DNA of 64,000 nucleotides, from NCBI RefSeq assembly GCF_018350175.1, contig NC_058368.1, forward strand, positions 56,298,001 through 56,362,000. The letters are read 5' to 3'. Positions 26,272-38,668 of this stretch are shown here, piece by piece. The notes below the pieces were generated by a model. The model was not told where the DNA came from, searched no databases, and was given only the letters and a program-made list of their open reading frames with translations. Numbering within the stretch: the stretch's first letter is position 1; each line of letters starts with the position of its first letter. Made by a program: the position numbers and the translations under genes. The stretch is from Felis catus. Taxonomy: Eukaryota.

Positions 26272-26535
26272 AAGACTGCTTGTTTTCATGTCAAGTCCTC
26301 TATCTCTTTATTTGCTCAGTTAGCATGTCAGTTGAATGTTCCAAGGAAAGAATGTTAATAAAGGTCCTTGACACAATTTTAGCTTTAAATAAAGAAGCAT
26401 TTGAATTTTTATCATTTCACTTTCTGTTATGTTTTCATAATCTTAAGGTTAATAAATTTCCTTCTCAATTTGATAAAAATAGATGCTGAATCTTATTTAA
26501 ATGCTGTCTTCAAGAGTATTCTAGAAAATGACTAC

Positions 26536-27273
26536 TGACAAAGACTCCCTTCTTGGCCAAGTTTCAGCCAGGCTACTCTGAGCCCCTTTCTTAACTAGGC
26601 CTCTAACTTGGGCTTCACTGTCTGTCCTTGAAGAGTCCAGTTTTAGCAAGAATCCTGAGAAGTCAGGGGTGCATCGGTGGCTTTGTGGGTTAAACGTCTG
26701 ACTCTTGGTTTCAGCTCAGGTCATGATCTCACTGCTTTGTAGGTTTGAGCAGGCCATCGGGCTCTGCACTGGCAGTGTGAGCCTGCTTGGGATTCTCTCT
26801 CTCTGCCCCTCCCCCACTGGTGCTTTCTCTGTGTCTCTGAAAATAAATAAATAAACTTAAAAAAAATCTTGCTAAGTCAATTTAGAGAGAGTCCTCCTAT
26901 CCTTGATATATGATCACTTTGGATATCTAATCAAATTTCTCATCCCCCCCCCCCCCCCCACCCCTTGCTATTGATCACTTTGGTCTGCCCTTGGTAAGAA
27001 TCCTGTTTGGTCAGTCTAGCAAGAACTCTTTCTTCCTCTGATGTCTCTATATCTCCTCTTAGTAATTTTATGCTCACCAAACCCTGACCCCACAACTCCA
27101 CTGACTTGCTTCTTGGCTATAAATCCTCACTTGTTCTTGTTGTGGTCAGAGTTGAGTCAGAGTTGAGCCCCATCTCTTTCTCCTATTATTAAAGGCTTCT
27201 CACATTCCTCAATGCTCCTGAATAAAGTCTTCCTTACCATTTTAACAAGATTCAGAATTTTTTTTCTTTAACA
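26536..27273 (+). mobile_element. ERV1 solo LTR, MER31-like
   Basis: TG...CA termini (tgacaaagactc...ttctttaaca), ttttagcaagaatcctg repeats, TATA (ggctataaa ~27116), aataaa ~27221. Confidence 0.85.
26666..26864 (+). mobile_element. CanSINE nested in MER31-like LTR
   Basis: Degenerate TSD aatcctgagaagtca/aatcttgctaagtca. Confidence 0.92.
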
Positions 27274-27929
27274 CTCATTTAAATTTTCTGCACTTAGGTT
27301 TTAAGTGGGAATAGCATAACCTAGATCAAATTTGCTATCAAAATTTTAAAATTTATTCCTCTCTTCTTTCCTAGAAAAATTAATATAACACAGGAATTTT
27401 CTCTTCATTCTGTTATTAAAATAGCATAATTTCTTAGTGAGTGAGTGTATGTGTGTGTGTGTGTGTGTAAGTGGTTTTAATAAGTGATTATATTATTTAA
27501 TGTTGTTAGGTATATTCAGTTATCTGAATTTTCCTTAAATGCGTGTCATTTATGATTTTCTAGACAATTGTCCATTTTTCTGTTTTCAAATATAAAATAT
27601 AAAGATTCCTACAGTAATCTTTATTGATTTTTAAATTCTTTACACGGTGTGTGTTGTTAAGCAATTATCTCATGCCCTGTATAATTACTTATGATTTCTC
27701 TCTTTTCCCTGATTAATTTTTCTAGAGATGTTTATTTTGTCTGTTCTTGTTTTTGTAGTTCTTCTCCCCTCCTTCTCCTCCTCCTCCTCTTCCTCCTGCA
27801 TCTCCTCCTTCTTCCCCTCTCCTCTCTCTCTCCTTTTTCTTTAACGAATCCACTATTTCTTTGTTTCCCACAAGAAAATTTCTTACTTGGTGTGTATTAT
27901 TTATTACTTTTGACTTGTTTTAATTTTTA

Positions 27930-28101
27930 GGGGTCCCTGGGTTGCTCAGTTTGTTGAGAGTCCAACTCTTAGTTTTGGCTCAGGTCATGATCTCAATTTG
28001 TGGTACTGAGCCCTGGGTGGGGCTCTGTGCTGAGCATGGAAACTGCTAGGTAGCCTTTCTCTTTCCCTCTGCCTTTCTACCCTGCTCATGTGTGCTTTTC
28101 T
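27930..28101 (+). mobile_element. CanSINE (old)
   Basis: ggggtccctgggttgctcagtttgttgagagtcc...A tail. Confidence 0.9.
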
Positions 28102-28189
28102 CTTTAAAATTAAAAAAAAAATTTTTTTTAAGATATTCTGAAGTTTTATTTATTAACAGCTAGGTTGAATATCTAGGCCATCGCTTTTC

Positions 28190-28447
28190 TTTCTTTTTTT
28201 TACTTTTAACTTTTTATTAGTTATTTTTTTTTAATTTTTTAAATTTTTTAAATTTATTTTCAAGAGTGAGAGAGACAGAGTATGAGTGGGGGAGGGGCAG
28301 AGAGAGAAGAAGACAGAATCCACGAAGCAAGCTCCAGGCTCTGAGCTGTCAGCACAGAACCCGACTTGGGGCTCAAATCCATGAACCACGAAATCATGAC
28401 CAAAGCCGAAGTCCGAGGCTTAACCGACTGAGCCACCCAGAAGCCCC
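28190..28447 (-). mobile_element. CanSINE
   Basis: TSD taggccatc(g/a)cttttc at 28174 and 28448. Confidence 0.95.
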
Positions 28448-28639
28448 TAGGCCATCACTTTTCAATCTTCCTTTGGCACATATGAATGCATTTAAAGCAA
28501 AACATTAATATTTATGTACCATTGTTTTTCCATCTGACAAGTTTTGATATTTAGTATATTTGCTGCCATAAATGTAATTTTAAGTATTTTGTAATAACCA
28601 TTCTGATAACATTTTCTACTAATTAACTATTTTAAATCA

Positions 28640-28851
28640 TTTTTTAAATTTTTAAATATTTATTTATTTTGAGAGAGAGAGAGAGAGCGCGAGCAGGGGA
28701 GGGGCAGAGAGACAGGGAGAGAGAATCCCAAGCAGGTTCTACACAGGCAGCACAGAGCCCAATGTAGGGCTCAAATCCATGAACTGTAAGATCATGACCT
28801 GAGCTGAAATCAAGAATCTGGACACAACCAACTGAGCCACCCAGCCACCCC
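28640..28851 (-). mobile_element. CanSINE
   Basis: TSD ta(a/c)atcattttt; ends gagccacccagccacccc. Confidence 0.93.
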
Positions 28852-31640
28852 TACATCATTTTTTGTTTGTTTGTTTGTTTCACATGTTGGACATTTTAAA
28901 AAATATATATGTTTATTATTTATTTTTAATTATATTGTCTTGTTTTCTGTGGACAAAATATCATTTTCATCGTAATTATTTTGTGTTTGCTTAGACCTGT
29001 TTAATCATTTCATAGATAATTTTGTAAATGTTTGTGTTCGGAAGTAATGTGTACCCTACATTTATTGTATGCAGTATCCTGCATATAAAAGATAGATCAA
29101 GATGGTTCATTTTGTTTTCCAATACTCTATATCCTTATCAATTTTGGTCTCAGGTAAGAATTGTTATTCCAGGTTTTAGTGATTTCTATTTGCTTTGTAT
29201 ATGTTCCTCAGTCTTTTTATCCATTTTTGTTGACTTACAAAGATGTCTTTGTAAGTATCTTCTACACAGCACAAAGCTTTTTTATTTTAGCCAATCTGGG
29301 AATTTCTGTCTTTTCAAGGAATATAATTAACTTTTATTACTTTATGATACTACAACTGGGTTGTCTTCCATCTTAGTTTTTGTTTTATTCTCTTTGTTTT
29401 CCTTTATTTATTCTCTTAGCTGCTTTATATTAGATTGATCACATTTTATTTACCGCTGCCCCTCTTTTGAAATCTTCTATTTAATTACTTTAATAGGTAC
29501 TCTTTTCTCAGATAGTGCTTACTGTAATTCAATGTTTCCTTCTCTTGTTAAATTATTACTACTTTTATTTGAGTTGGTGATTGTGTTAGTTACTATATTC
29601 AACTTCTCTTTCACATAATGTGGTTTGTAGGTGAGTGTGTGTATCTGTGTATGTGATTAGAAACTAAAAAATAATATGAAAATTATATGTTTTAAAACTC
29701 TTTGTGACATACTATGTAGTCATGATTTGTAAACAAGCCATTGTAACAAATACAATTGTATATATTTTTCTCTATTCATTCAGTTTGATTCTCTGTCTAC
29801 TTTCCTCTGCTGCCTTGTGAAATTTTAGTCCATTCTATTCTCCCTTAATGTCTGCTTGTATATTCACTGAAGAGGCAATGTCTCTTATAATACTGTTTTA
29901 GATGCTAATATTAGGATAGGAATGAATGAGGAAGAGTAATTGTAGTAATACAACAAAAACAAGGTGCACACTGCTTTACAATGTTGCTTTATTTTTAAGG
30001 ATATAAAAAGTGAAATATACATTTCATTACAAATCTAACATTATAACAATGAACAACTTTCCTTTTATATTTGTTATAATAATTTGTTTAAAGATAACAT
30101 TTCAGTCATAATCATGACTGGACTTTTAAAATCACAATAATCATTCCTCCCTCTCCTAGAAAATAGTTCTATACCATAAATGAATATATGTGACTGAATA
30201 TATGAAATAATTCACTTGATACATTTTAGAAATAAGCAATAATATTTTCTTAGTTACTAAATTGGTGATTAATAAAAGAAACTATAACACCATTTGCTCA
30301 GTTAAATGGAAATCCATTCCAAATAAGAAATGTATTCATTATAAAGACTGAATGTTAGACATTGAAAAAATAATTATTTACTAAAATGTGATTAAACAAT
30401 GAATTATTCAGTATTTATGTTTGCATGTATAATTTATGTATTTTAAAGATTACCTGCTATCTGGAGTGATGTAAATTTGTACTTTCTTTCTTTTCTTTCC
30501 ATAGCCTCAGGAGGGAATTGATGGTGGCAATTAGAATTGTAAGCAAACCTAAATGCAAAAGCATTCTGTACCTGATTGTCTTGCCAATGAGGAAAAAAAT
30601 TACAGCAAATTTTTTGGCAGAGTAATACCTAATACATGACTAACTGATAAAATTAAATATATTAATTTCAGTTTTTAAATGCTCCTTTGCTAACATTTGT
30701 GCATTCAGCCAAGTTTGCTTTCTAATTACTATTCACTAGTACAGTTGAGAAATTAATTTGATCAGAGTGCACATTCAAAAGGAAAATCTGTTTGATAGTT
30801 TGTAAGAAATTTTACCAGAGTTAATTCATAGAAATAAAGTATTTGAATATAATGCGTTTAGAAAAAAAAAAGTGCTGTCAAAAGAATGTATGGAAACACA
30901 CACAAGATGCCAGCAGAAATCTGCCAAATGTTATTTTTTGTGATTAGGAAGTGAAAATATAACAAAAAGCAGTCAGAATTTGCCAAATATGCAGAGGCCA
31001 CCTAACGTTGAATTCATTGTTCTTACTTCCCTGAAAATCATGACTGACCTCTTTCTGATTATTATATGTAATCAGAAAAATTACATGAGCGAAGATAAAT
31101 CATAATGAAAACGAAGATCCCAACTCAATTTTGAGATAGTTCCGATAAAATGTCTTGTTCCTCAGACAAGAGATGAGGCAATACTGGAAATACTTTGAAT
31201 TTGTTTTAAAATATTAAGTGAATCTATGTTTTAAAGAGATTCGGAGATAGTTCAGGGACTTTTTCCCCACTGCAGCTGGTCATGTCAGCAAAAGTAATAA
31301 GGCATGACGTGTATTGTCATGTTGCCTCACCTTCTGAGAATCGTCATCTCTCCTGGTTGTCTTTTCAAGTTGGCTTTGGTCCAGAAAAATTACAGCAGCC
31401 TGCTGCTTAAATTTGTTTTAAAGAATGTAAAAGTAATGTGAATATGACAGTTAACAACTTTACTGTTAACCCTAAAGCTAGAGTGTGCCCTTTTAATTTC
31501 AGTGGGTGAACAGAAACCTGTGTCCATTGCCATGACTACATAAAATCAGACGTGGTAGTCCAGCTCTTCTAGATTTGTCAAAGGTATCTCATATCCATCG
31601 TGACTATATGCTTACATTTACTTCGGAGAAATTATATTTT

Positions 31641-31862
31641 GGGGAGTGCCTGGGTGGCTCAGTCGGTTGAGCAAACAACTTCAGCTCAGGTCATGATCTC
31701 ACACTCCGTGAGTTTGAGCCCCGCATCGGATTCTGTGCTGACAGCTCAGAGCCTGGAATCTGCTTCAGATTCTGTGTCTCCCCCTCTCTCTGCCCCTCCC
31801 CTGCTTGTGCTCTGTCTCTCTCTGTCTCAAAATTAAATAAAAACATTAAAAAAATGTTAAAA
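31641..31862 (+). mobile_element. CanSINE followed by (TA)-rich microsatellite (31880-31947)
   Basis: ggggagtgcctgggtggctcagtcgg...CT tract, A tail. Confidence 0.95.
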
Positions 31863-32919
31863 GTAACATAGTGACATTTTATATATATATATATGTGTAT
31901 ATATATATGTATATATACATATATATATATGTATATACACATATATAACCACATTCTGTCTTCTGTTTAATTTGTTAAGCCACTAACTCCTAATGCTAAA
32001 TTTTAGATTGGTCTTGACTTTGTGACTAGTGCCTACCTACTAAGTTTATGTCAAGACTCACCCTCCTAGTTTCACTGGGACATTTAATATTAAGTTTATC
32101 CCAAGGATGAACTGTATTCTGCTCTCTGCTCCATATTGATAAGAGAGATTTCTATAGATTGCTAAAGACCAAAGTCAGATCAAGATAAATATATGAAATA
32201 TGATTCTATTGTAAAATCCAAAAAAAAAAAAAAAAAACAGTGACAAGCCTGAGTTTTTTATAGCTGACCAGGAACATTGGCATATGATAACTTATTAAAA
32301 AATAAGAATACATTTAATTCGACTCCTCCTCCAGGGGAGAATATAGTCTTTACTTAATCCTTTTTCTCTAAATAAGGATAAGGCAATGTTTGGTATATTC
32401 AATTAGTTGGCTAGAATAATGAAGAACACTGGGAAAAATCTTCCAACTCTCAAAAAAAAAAAAAAAGCGGGGACCAATCAATTTTAGATTTTAAAAAGCA
32501 ATACTGTTTACAACTGCATAAAATTAAATGAAATGAAATGATAAATGAAATGAAATAAACTGAATGCTCACCATTAAACAAATGAACAAATTATGGTATA
32601 CCTATTCACTACTTAGCAATGGAAACTATTGAGGAAACTATTGCAGGTGATTGATGTGCTTGTTATACTGATTTTTGATTTTACTTTCATGGGTGTGCAT
32701 ATATAAAGATGCATTAAATCATATACATATGCAGTTTATTGTACAATAATTACACCTCAATTAACTGTGTTTGAATATTATAGGCAATTTTATATACAAA
32801 AATTGCAAAAATGGGAAATATATTTTCAACTGATAATAAGGATAAAGCTCTAACTTCAATCATTTATAAAGAACTTCTAACATTCCATAAGAAAGTGAGT
32901 CATAAAATTGAGCACATGT

Positions 32920-33051
32920 GGGGTGCCTAGGTGGTTCAGTCAGTTGAGCATCTGACTTTTGATTTCAGCTCAGGTCATGATCTCATGGTTTGTGGATTCA
33001 AGCCACTCATTGGGTTCTACATTTATAGCACAGAGCCTGCTTGGGCATCTC

Positions 33052-33093
<42 letters not shown>

Positions 33094-33141
33094 CCTCCCC
33101 TACTCATGCTCTCTCTCAAAATAAATAAATTAACTTAAAGA
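32920..33141 (+). mobile_element. CanSINE
   Basis: Degenerate TSD aaaattgagcacatgtg/aaaattgaacatatctg. Confidence 0.93.
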
Positions 33142-33156
33142 AAAATTGAACATATC

Positions 33157-33654
33157 TGTAGGAATGCTGACAACACTGACTCCATCTTTGCCCTTCCATC
33201 TTATTCATGACTTTGCAATGACCTGCCTCATGGCTGCATGTTCCAGGCCCCATGCAGGTTAATGTATGTCCTTAGCCAAATGTGGGAAGGGTTATTCTGA
33301 TCTTCCCTAAAATGGTGCACAGAAGGCCCCACTTTAGGTAACTAGTAGAGATCTTTTGACACAAAGAGAGCACCACTTTAGATAACAACCCTGTGACCTC
33401 ATCACAATGCCCCTTTATGAAAGCTGGAGGGGGCATAGAATGGGTGGAGGATGGTTTCGGAGAATAGCTGTCTCGTGCCTTGGATTGTCAATCTGTTGGT
33501 CCTTCTGTTCGTCCACCAGCCTGATGATCCCTGTCAGTAAGTTACCCTGAATAACACTCTGTAAATGGTATGGAGAGGCTTGCTTCATTTTTCAATATTA
33601 AAGTGTCTTCTCAGAGTGGAGGGCACATTACTGACCTTCCTCTATCTTCTAAAA
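33157..33654 (+). mobile_element. Probable ERV solo LTR (family not assigned)
   Basis: GC-richer ~500 bp block starting tgtagg, gactccatcttt motif, aataa near 33550, flanks atatc/atatg; interrupts old L1 sequence. Confidence 0.55.
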
Positions 33655-34279
33655 ATATGCTACTAACATGTAAGGAAAAGACATATAATTGGCTCTAATA
33701 TGTGGAAATCTATTCAATTTTAACCATAGTAAAAGAAATGAAACTTAAAAATACATTGAAATACTGTTTCACCTATTATAAAGTTTGATAATACTCTGTG
33801 TCAATTGAGGGTTGAAGAAAATGATCATTGTAGTACATTGTTCATTAAACTATGCATTTGATGTAATGTTGAGGCAAGACAATTAGCAACATCCAAAAAC
33901 ATAACTTTAACTTTGTAATTTCACTCCTAAGAATTTCTATATATGCAATGTACTTTTTAATTTACCACATTGTCTGTAGTAAGAAAGAATAAGTAAAAAT
34001 TAATAAGGTAAAAAATAAAGCTTAAAAGCTTTATAAATAGAAAACTTGTTAAATAAATCATGGTAAATAATTGCAAAGAATAGAGGGCAACCATTAAAAA
34101 TGAATTAATAAGCCCTTTTTAAGTTGACATGGTGAACTGGTATAGAACGACCCTCAATATATTATATAGTATTGGTATTCTAAAATTTGTCTTTCCAAAA
34201 GGACATAGAAATATTTGACAACGTTGTACATTCAAAAAATCTCTCTTCAGGGGCATACACTGAAACTGATATTATTTGA

Positions 34280-34545
34280 TTTGTCTTGAAACAAAGTTTG
34301 TGAACATCTAATGAAATTAATTTCAGATAACCCAGAAATCAGTAATAACATGTTCATAAAAAAACAGGTTCAACTTAGTCCAGCTTTTTTGTAATACCAA
34401 AAAAAAAATAGAAAACTTTACAATGTCCATCAACATTTGACTACCCTGCTGTGTCACACCTAGGTGGATGGAAAAATAGATGATAGATAGATAATACAGT
34501 TTTCTAGACACAAAAGTAAATATGCCAAGCTTGTATCAGAAATAG
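34280..34545 (+). repeat. Copy 1 of ~265-bp locally duplicated flank
   Basis: Aligns by eye to 36915-37194 with ~11 substitutions plus homopolymer/GATA length differences. Confidence 0.95.
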
Positions 34546-34547
34546 AA

Positions 34548-35508
34548 TTGGCAGAAGAGCAATGGAACAGAATAGAGAACCCAGAAAGGGACCCACAAGC
34601 GTATGGCCGACTAATTTTTGATAAAGCAGGAAAGAATATCCAATGGAATAAAGACAGTCTCTTCAGCTAGTGGTGTTGGGAAAACTGGACAGTGACACAT
34701 AGAAGAATGAACCTGGACCACTTTCTTACACCATACACAAAAATGAACTTAAAATGGATGAAAGACCTAAATGTAAGACAGGAAGCCATCAACATCCTCA
34801 AGGAGAAAGCAGGCAAAAACCTCTTTGATCTTGCCCGCAGCAACTTCTTACTCAACACGTCTCTGGAGGCAAGGCAAACAAAAGAAAAAATGAACTAATG
34901 GGACCTCATCAAAATAAAAAGCTTCTGCACAGTGAAGGAAACAATCAGCAAAACTAAAAGGCAACTGACAAAATGGGAGAAGATATTTGCAAACTACATA
35001 TCAGATAAAGGGTTAGTATCCAAAATCTATAAAGAATTTATCAAACTCAACACCCAAAAAACAAATAACCTAGTGAAGAAATGGGCAAAAGACATGAATA
35101 GATGCTTCTCCAAAGAAGACATCCAGATGGCCAACCAACACATGAAAAAATGCTCAACTTCACTCATCATCAGGGAAATACAAATCAAAACCACAATGAG
35201 ATACCACCTTACACCTGTCAGAATGGCTAACATTAACAACTCAGGCACCAACAAATGTTGGCGAGGATGCGGAGAAAGAGGATCCCTTTTGCACTGTTGG
35301 TGGGAGGGCAAGCTGGTGCAGCCACTCTGGAAAACAGTATGGAGGTTCCTCAAAAAACTAAAAATAGAACTAACCTACGACCCAATAATTACACTACTAG
35401 GTATTTATCCAAGGGATAAAGGTATGCTCTTTCAAAGGGACACATGCACTCCCATGTTTACAACAGTACTATCAACAATAGCCAAAGTATGGATGAATGG
35501 ATAAAGAG

Positions 35509-35562
<54 letters not shown>

Positions 35563-35936
35563 AGTATTACTGGGCAATCAAAAAGAATGAAATCTTGCCA
35601 TTTGCAACTACGTGGATGGAACTGGAGGGTATTATGCTAAGTGAAATTAGTCAGAGAAAGACAAAAGTCATATGACTTCACTTATATGAGGACTTTAAGA
35701 GACAAAACAGATGAACATAAGGGAAGGGAAACAAAAATCATATAAAAACAGGGAGGGGGGCAAAACAGAAGAGACTCATAAATATGGAGAACAAACTGAG
35801 GGTTACTGGAGAGGTTGTGGGAGGGGGGATGGGCTAAATGGGTAAAGGGCACTTAGGAATCTAGTCCTGAAATCATTGTTGCACTATATGCTAACTAATT
35901 TGGATGTAAATTTTTTTAAAAAAATTAAAAAAAAAA
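34548..35936 (+). mobile_element. 5'-truncated felid L1 (~1.4 kb)
   Basis: 190-aa ORF2 C-terminal fragment (34932-35504, [14 protein letters not shown]), (TA)n 35512-35557, 3'UTR and A tail. Confidence 0.95.
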
Positions 35937-36383
35937 GAATGAAGCACATATTTCTGTGGAAATATATAAAACAAGTATACAATACTTGCTAGGCATTTAA
36001 TTTATATTTTTGATTAATTAAAATGAGTAGTTATTTTGGTTAGTGGATTGTACCTATTAACAGATTTTATATTATTTAATAAACCTGAAATTTTGCAACC
36101 TTTATCCCATGTAAGCAAGGAAAAAAACCTGTATACATAATTGTAATTATAAAGAAATTTTAAGGATACCCATTTTAAGAATACACATACTTTCACTTAG
36201 CTCAGTTGGAGACATAAGACTACTATGTAGACTTCCTAAATTTAGAAAGACATTTGTTACATAACAAATACAATACAATGTCTAAATCTGGGTATCATGA
36301 AGTAAATTCTCTGAAGGACTGGATGCTCTAAGACAAACTGTCCCCGGGTATCACGTTTGTTATTAAAATACTGGGTTGTTTAA

Positions 36384-36564
36384 GGGGTGCCTGGGTGGCT
36401 CAGTCAGTTGAGTGTCAAACTCTTGATTTTGGCTCAGGTCATGTCTCAAGGTTTGTGGGATTGAGCGCCAGGTAAGGCTCTGCCCTGAGCATGTTGCCTG
36501 CCTGGGATTCTATCTCTCTTCCTCTCACTCTCCCCACCCACCCCCCAACTCATGCGTGCACATG

Positions 36565-36624
<60 letters not shown>

Positions 36625-36660
36625 ATAAATAAACTTTAAATACTAAACTAAACTAAACTA
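36384..36660 (+). mobile_element. CanSINE with long (CT)n and (TAAAC)n tail
   Basis: TSD aaaatactgg(gt/ac)tgtttaa. Confidence 0.93.
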
Positions 36661-36914
36661 AAATACTGGACTGTTTAAAAAATAATGAAAATATCACAAA
36701 TCTATGTCCTGCTAAACATAGTGCAATAAGCAATAAGCAAAGGAAAATATAAGATTGTGCTGAGGTCTTTTGCTGCAGTCTAATGGCATATGGCATCAGG
36801 TAATAACAAGTAAGAATACCAGGAGGCATTGGTCATGACAACTAACTTGACCTTTGTCAAACATTTAAATCCACTAAAACTGAATCTGTAATTAAATCTA
36901 ACCATCAAAGAGAC

Positions 36915-37194
36915 TTTGTTTTGAAACAAAGTTTGTGAACGTTTAATGAAATTAATTTCAGATAATCCAGAAATCAGTAATAACATGTTCATAAAAAAAA
37001 AAAAAAAAAAAACAGGTGCAACTTAGCCCAGCTTTTTTTTAATACCAAAAAAAAAAAAAAATAGAAAACTTTACAATGTCCATCAACATTTGACTACCCT
37101 GCTGTGTCACATTTAGGTGTATGGAAAAATAGATGATAGATAATACAGTTTTCTAGACACAAAAGTAAATATGCCAAGCTTATATCAGAAATAG
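36915..37194 (+). repeat. Copy 2 of ~265-bp locally duplicated flank
   Basis: See 34280-34545. Confidence 0.95.
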
Positions 37195-37197
37195 TAA

Positions 37198-37748
37198 TTA
37201 GCACAAGAACAGACACTCAGATCAATGGAACAGAATACAGGTGTGCTGTTTCGAAGGGACACATGCACCCCCATGTTTACAGCAGCACTATCAACAATAG
37301 CCAAAGTATGGAAAGAGCCCAAATGTCCATCGATGGATGAATGGATAAAGAAGAAGTGGTATATATATGCAATGGAGTATTACTCGGCAATCAAAAAGAA
37401 TGAAATCTTGCCATTTGCAACTACATGGATGGAACTGGAGGGTATTATGCTAAGTGAAATTAGTCAGAGAAAGACAAAAGTCATATGACTTCACTCATAT
37501 GAGGACTTTAAGAGACAAACAGATGAACATAAGGGAGGGAAACAAAAATCATATAAAAACAGGGAGGGGGACAAAACAGAAGAGACTCATAAATATGGAG
37601 AACAAACTGAGGATTACTGGAGGGGTTGTGGGAGGGGGGATGGGCTAAATGGGTAAGGGGCACTAAGGAATCTAGTCCTGAAATCACTGTTGCACTATAT
37701 GCTAAGTCATTTGGATGTAAATTTTAAAAAATAAAAAATAAAATAAAA
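37198..37748 (+). mobile_element. 5'-truncated felid L1 with ~844-bp internal deletion
   Basis: caagaacagacactcagatcaatggaacagaata joined to caggtgtgctgtttcgaaggg; short TSD aaatagta (37189, 37749). Confidence 0.93.
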
Positions 37749-38279
37749 AAATAGTATTGAATTTTATTTTTAAAAATTGTGTGTCAATTTTATAACATAA
37801 TTATGCTGTAAGAGTAAAAGAGGAACAAAACGTATGTGCTTATATATAAATGATTTGGAAAGCTTCTCACATTTACAGGGGAAGAGAACAACTAAATTGG
37901 TCTGAAAATGATATTTAAAAGGCATTTAATTATTTTATTAAGGCAGAAAGGAAATGCTGAACAAACAAAAAATAGTTAATTGTGTGTGTGAAGGATGTGT
38001 GTTTCATCCCCCCACCACCCTTAACATTCCTAACAATAAAAATATAAGAAATCAAAGATGAACCAGTTAATGTAGGAAACTCACTAGTGGAATATTATTT
38101 TGGAATAAAAAACCATAGTGTATTATAATTATTTGTATACACTTCTTCCCATTTCTGTCTGTGTCTTTCTTGGTAGCATTGATGATGACCATGTACTGCC
38201 AAAGCCTGCCAAGTGTCTAGCCTATGACAGTGATAACAGTTAACACCAACTCTGCTTTGTAAAATGACATCTTAACTCA

Positions 38280-38450
38280 CATATTTATATCTCACACAAT
38301 TTCCCCAAAATTCTTTAAATTACCATCTTAATTTTTAGATGAGGGACTGAGGTGAAGAACGTTGTTTTAACTTGATCAAGGTCACATAACTTGCAAACCA
38401 GGTATTTGTACTTAGATATTTCTGATACCCAGACCTTTCCATCATACTGG
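38280..38450 (-). mobile_element. MIR SINE
   Basis: Core atttttagatgagggactgagg...taacttgatcaaggtcacataact. Confidence 0.7.
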
Positions 38451-38585
38451 AAAATGAATATTGGTTGTACAAATAATATGTGTCAACAATCCATCTGAAA
38501 AATAAAGTTTACTTTAAGGTCTATAGAATTGAAACGAAGAGTTACATATAGCACACGCTAGAGAATGGAGGTAGCATCATTTTCT

Positions 38586-38668
38586 TTTTTTTTTTTAATT
38601 TTTTTAACGTTTATTTAATTTTGAGACAGAGAGAGCCACTTAACCGACTGAAACACCCAGGCTCCCCT
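38586..38668 (-). mobile_element. Internally deleted CanSINE remnant in an L1 poly(A) tail
   Basis: SINE tail (aacgtttattt...gagacagagagagc) joined directly to SINE head (cacttaaccgactgaaacacccaggctcccc). Confidence 0.85.

Larger units (their letters stand above)
27500..29450 (-). mobile_element. Ancient L1M (L1ME-like) ORF2 fragments, interrupted by SINEs
   Basis: Antisense endonuclease-like text (gaagtaatgtgtaccctacatttattgtatgcagtatcc...agatcaagatggttcattttgttttcc). Confidence 0.5.
32560..34165 (+). mobile_element. Ancient L1M 3' region fragments (interrupted by SINE and LTR)
   Basis: aatgaacaaattatggtatacctattc, tttataaagaacttcta, aaagtttgataatactctgtgtc, aatttcactcctaagaatt. Confidence 0.55.

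Noticed and set aside
34170..34279. Short matches to 36850-36885 (cactgaaactga/cactaaaactga; inverted ttgtcaaa) as an extension of the duplication
   Set aside because: Only 12-13 bp with mismatches in AT-rich DNA; not distinguishable from chance by eye.
34932..35504. Longest ORF (190 aa) as a host gene
   Set aside because: It is the C-terminal part of L1 ORF2 in a 5'-truncated copy, preceded by a stop and with no promoter or splice context.
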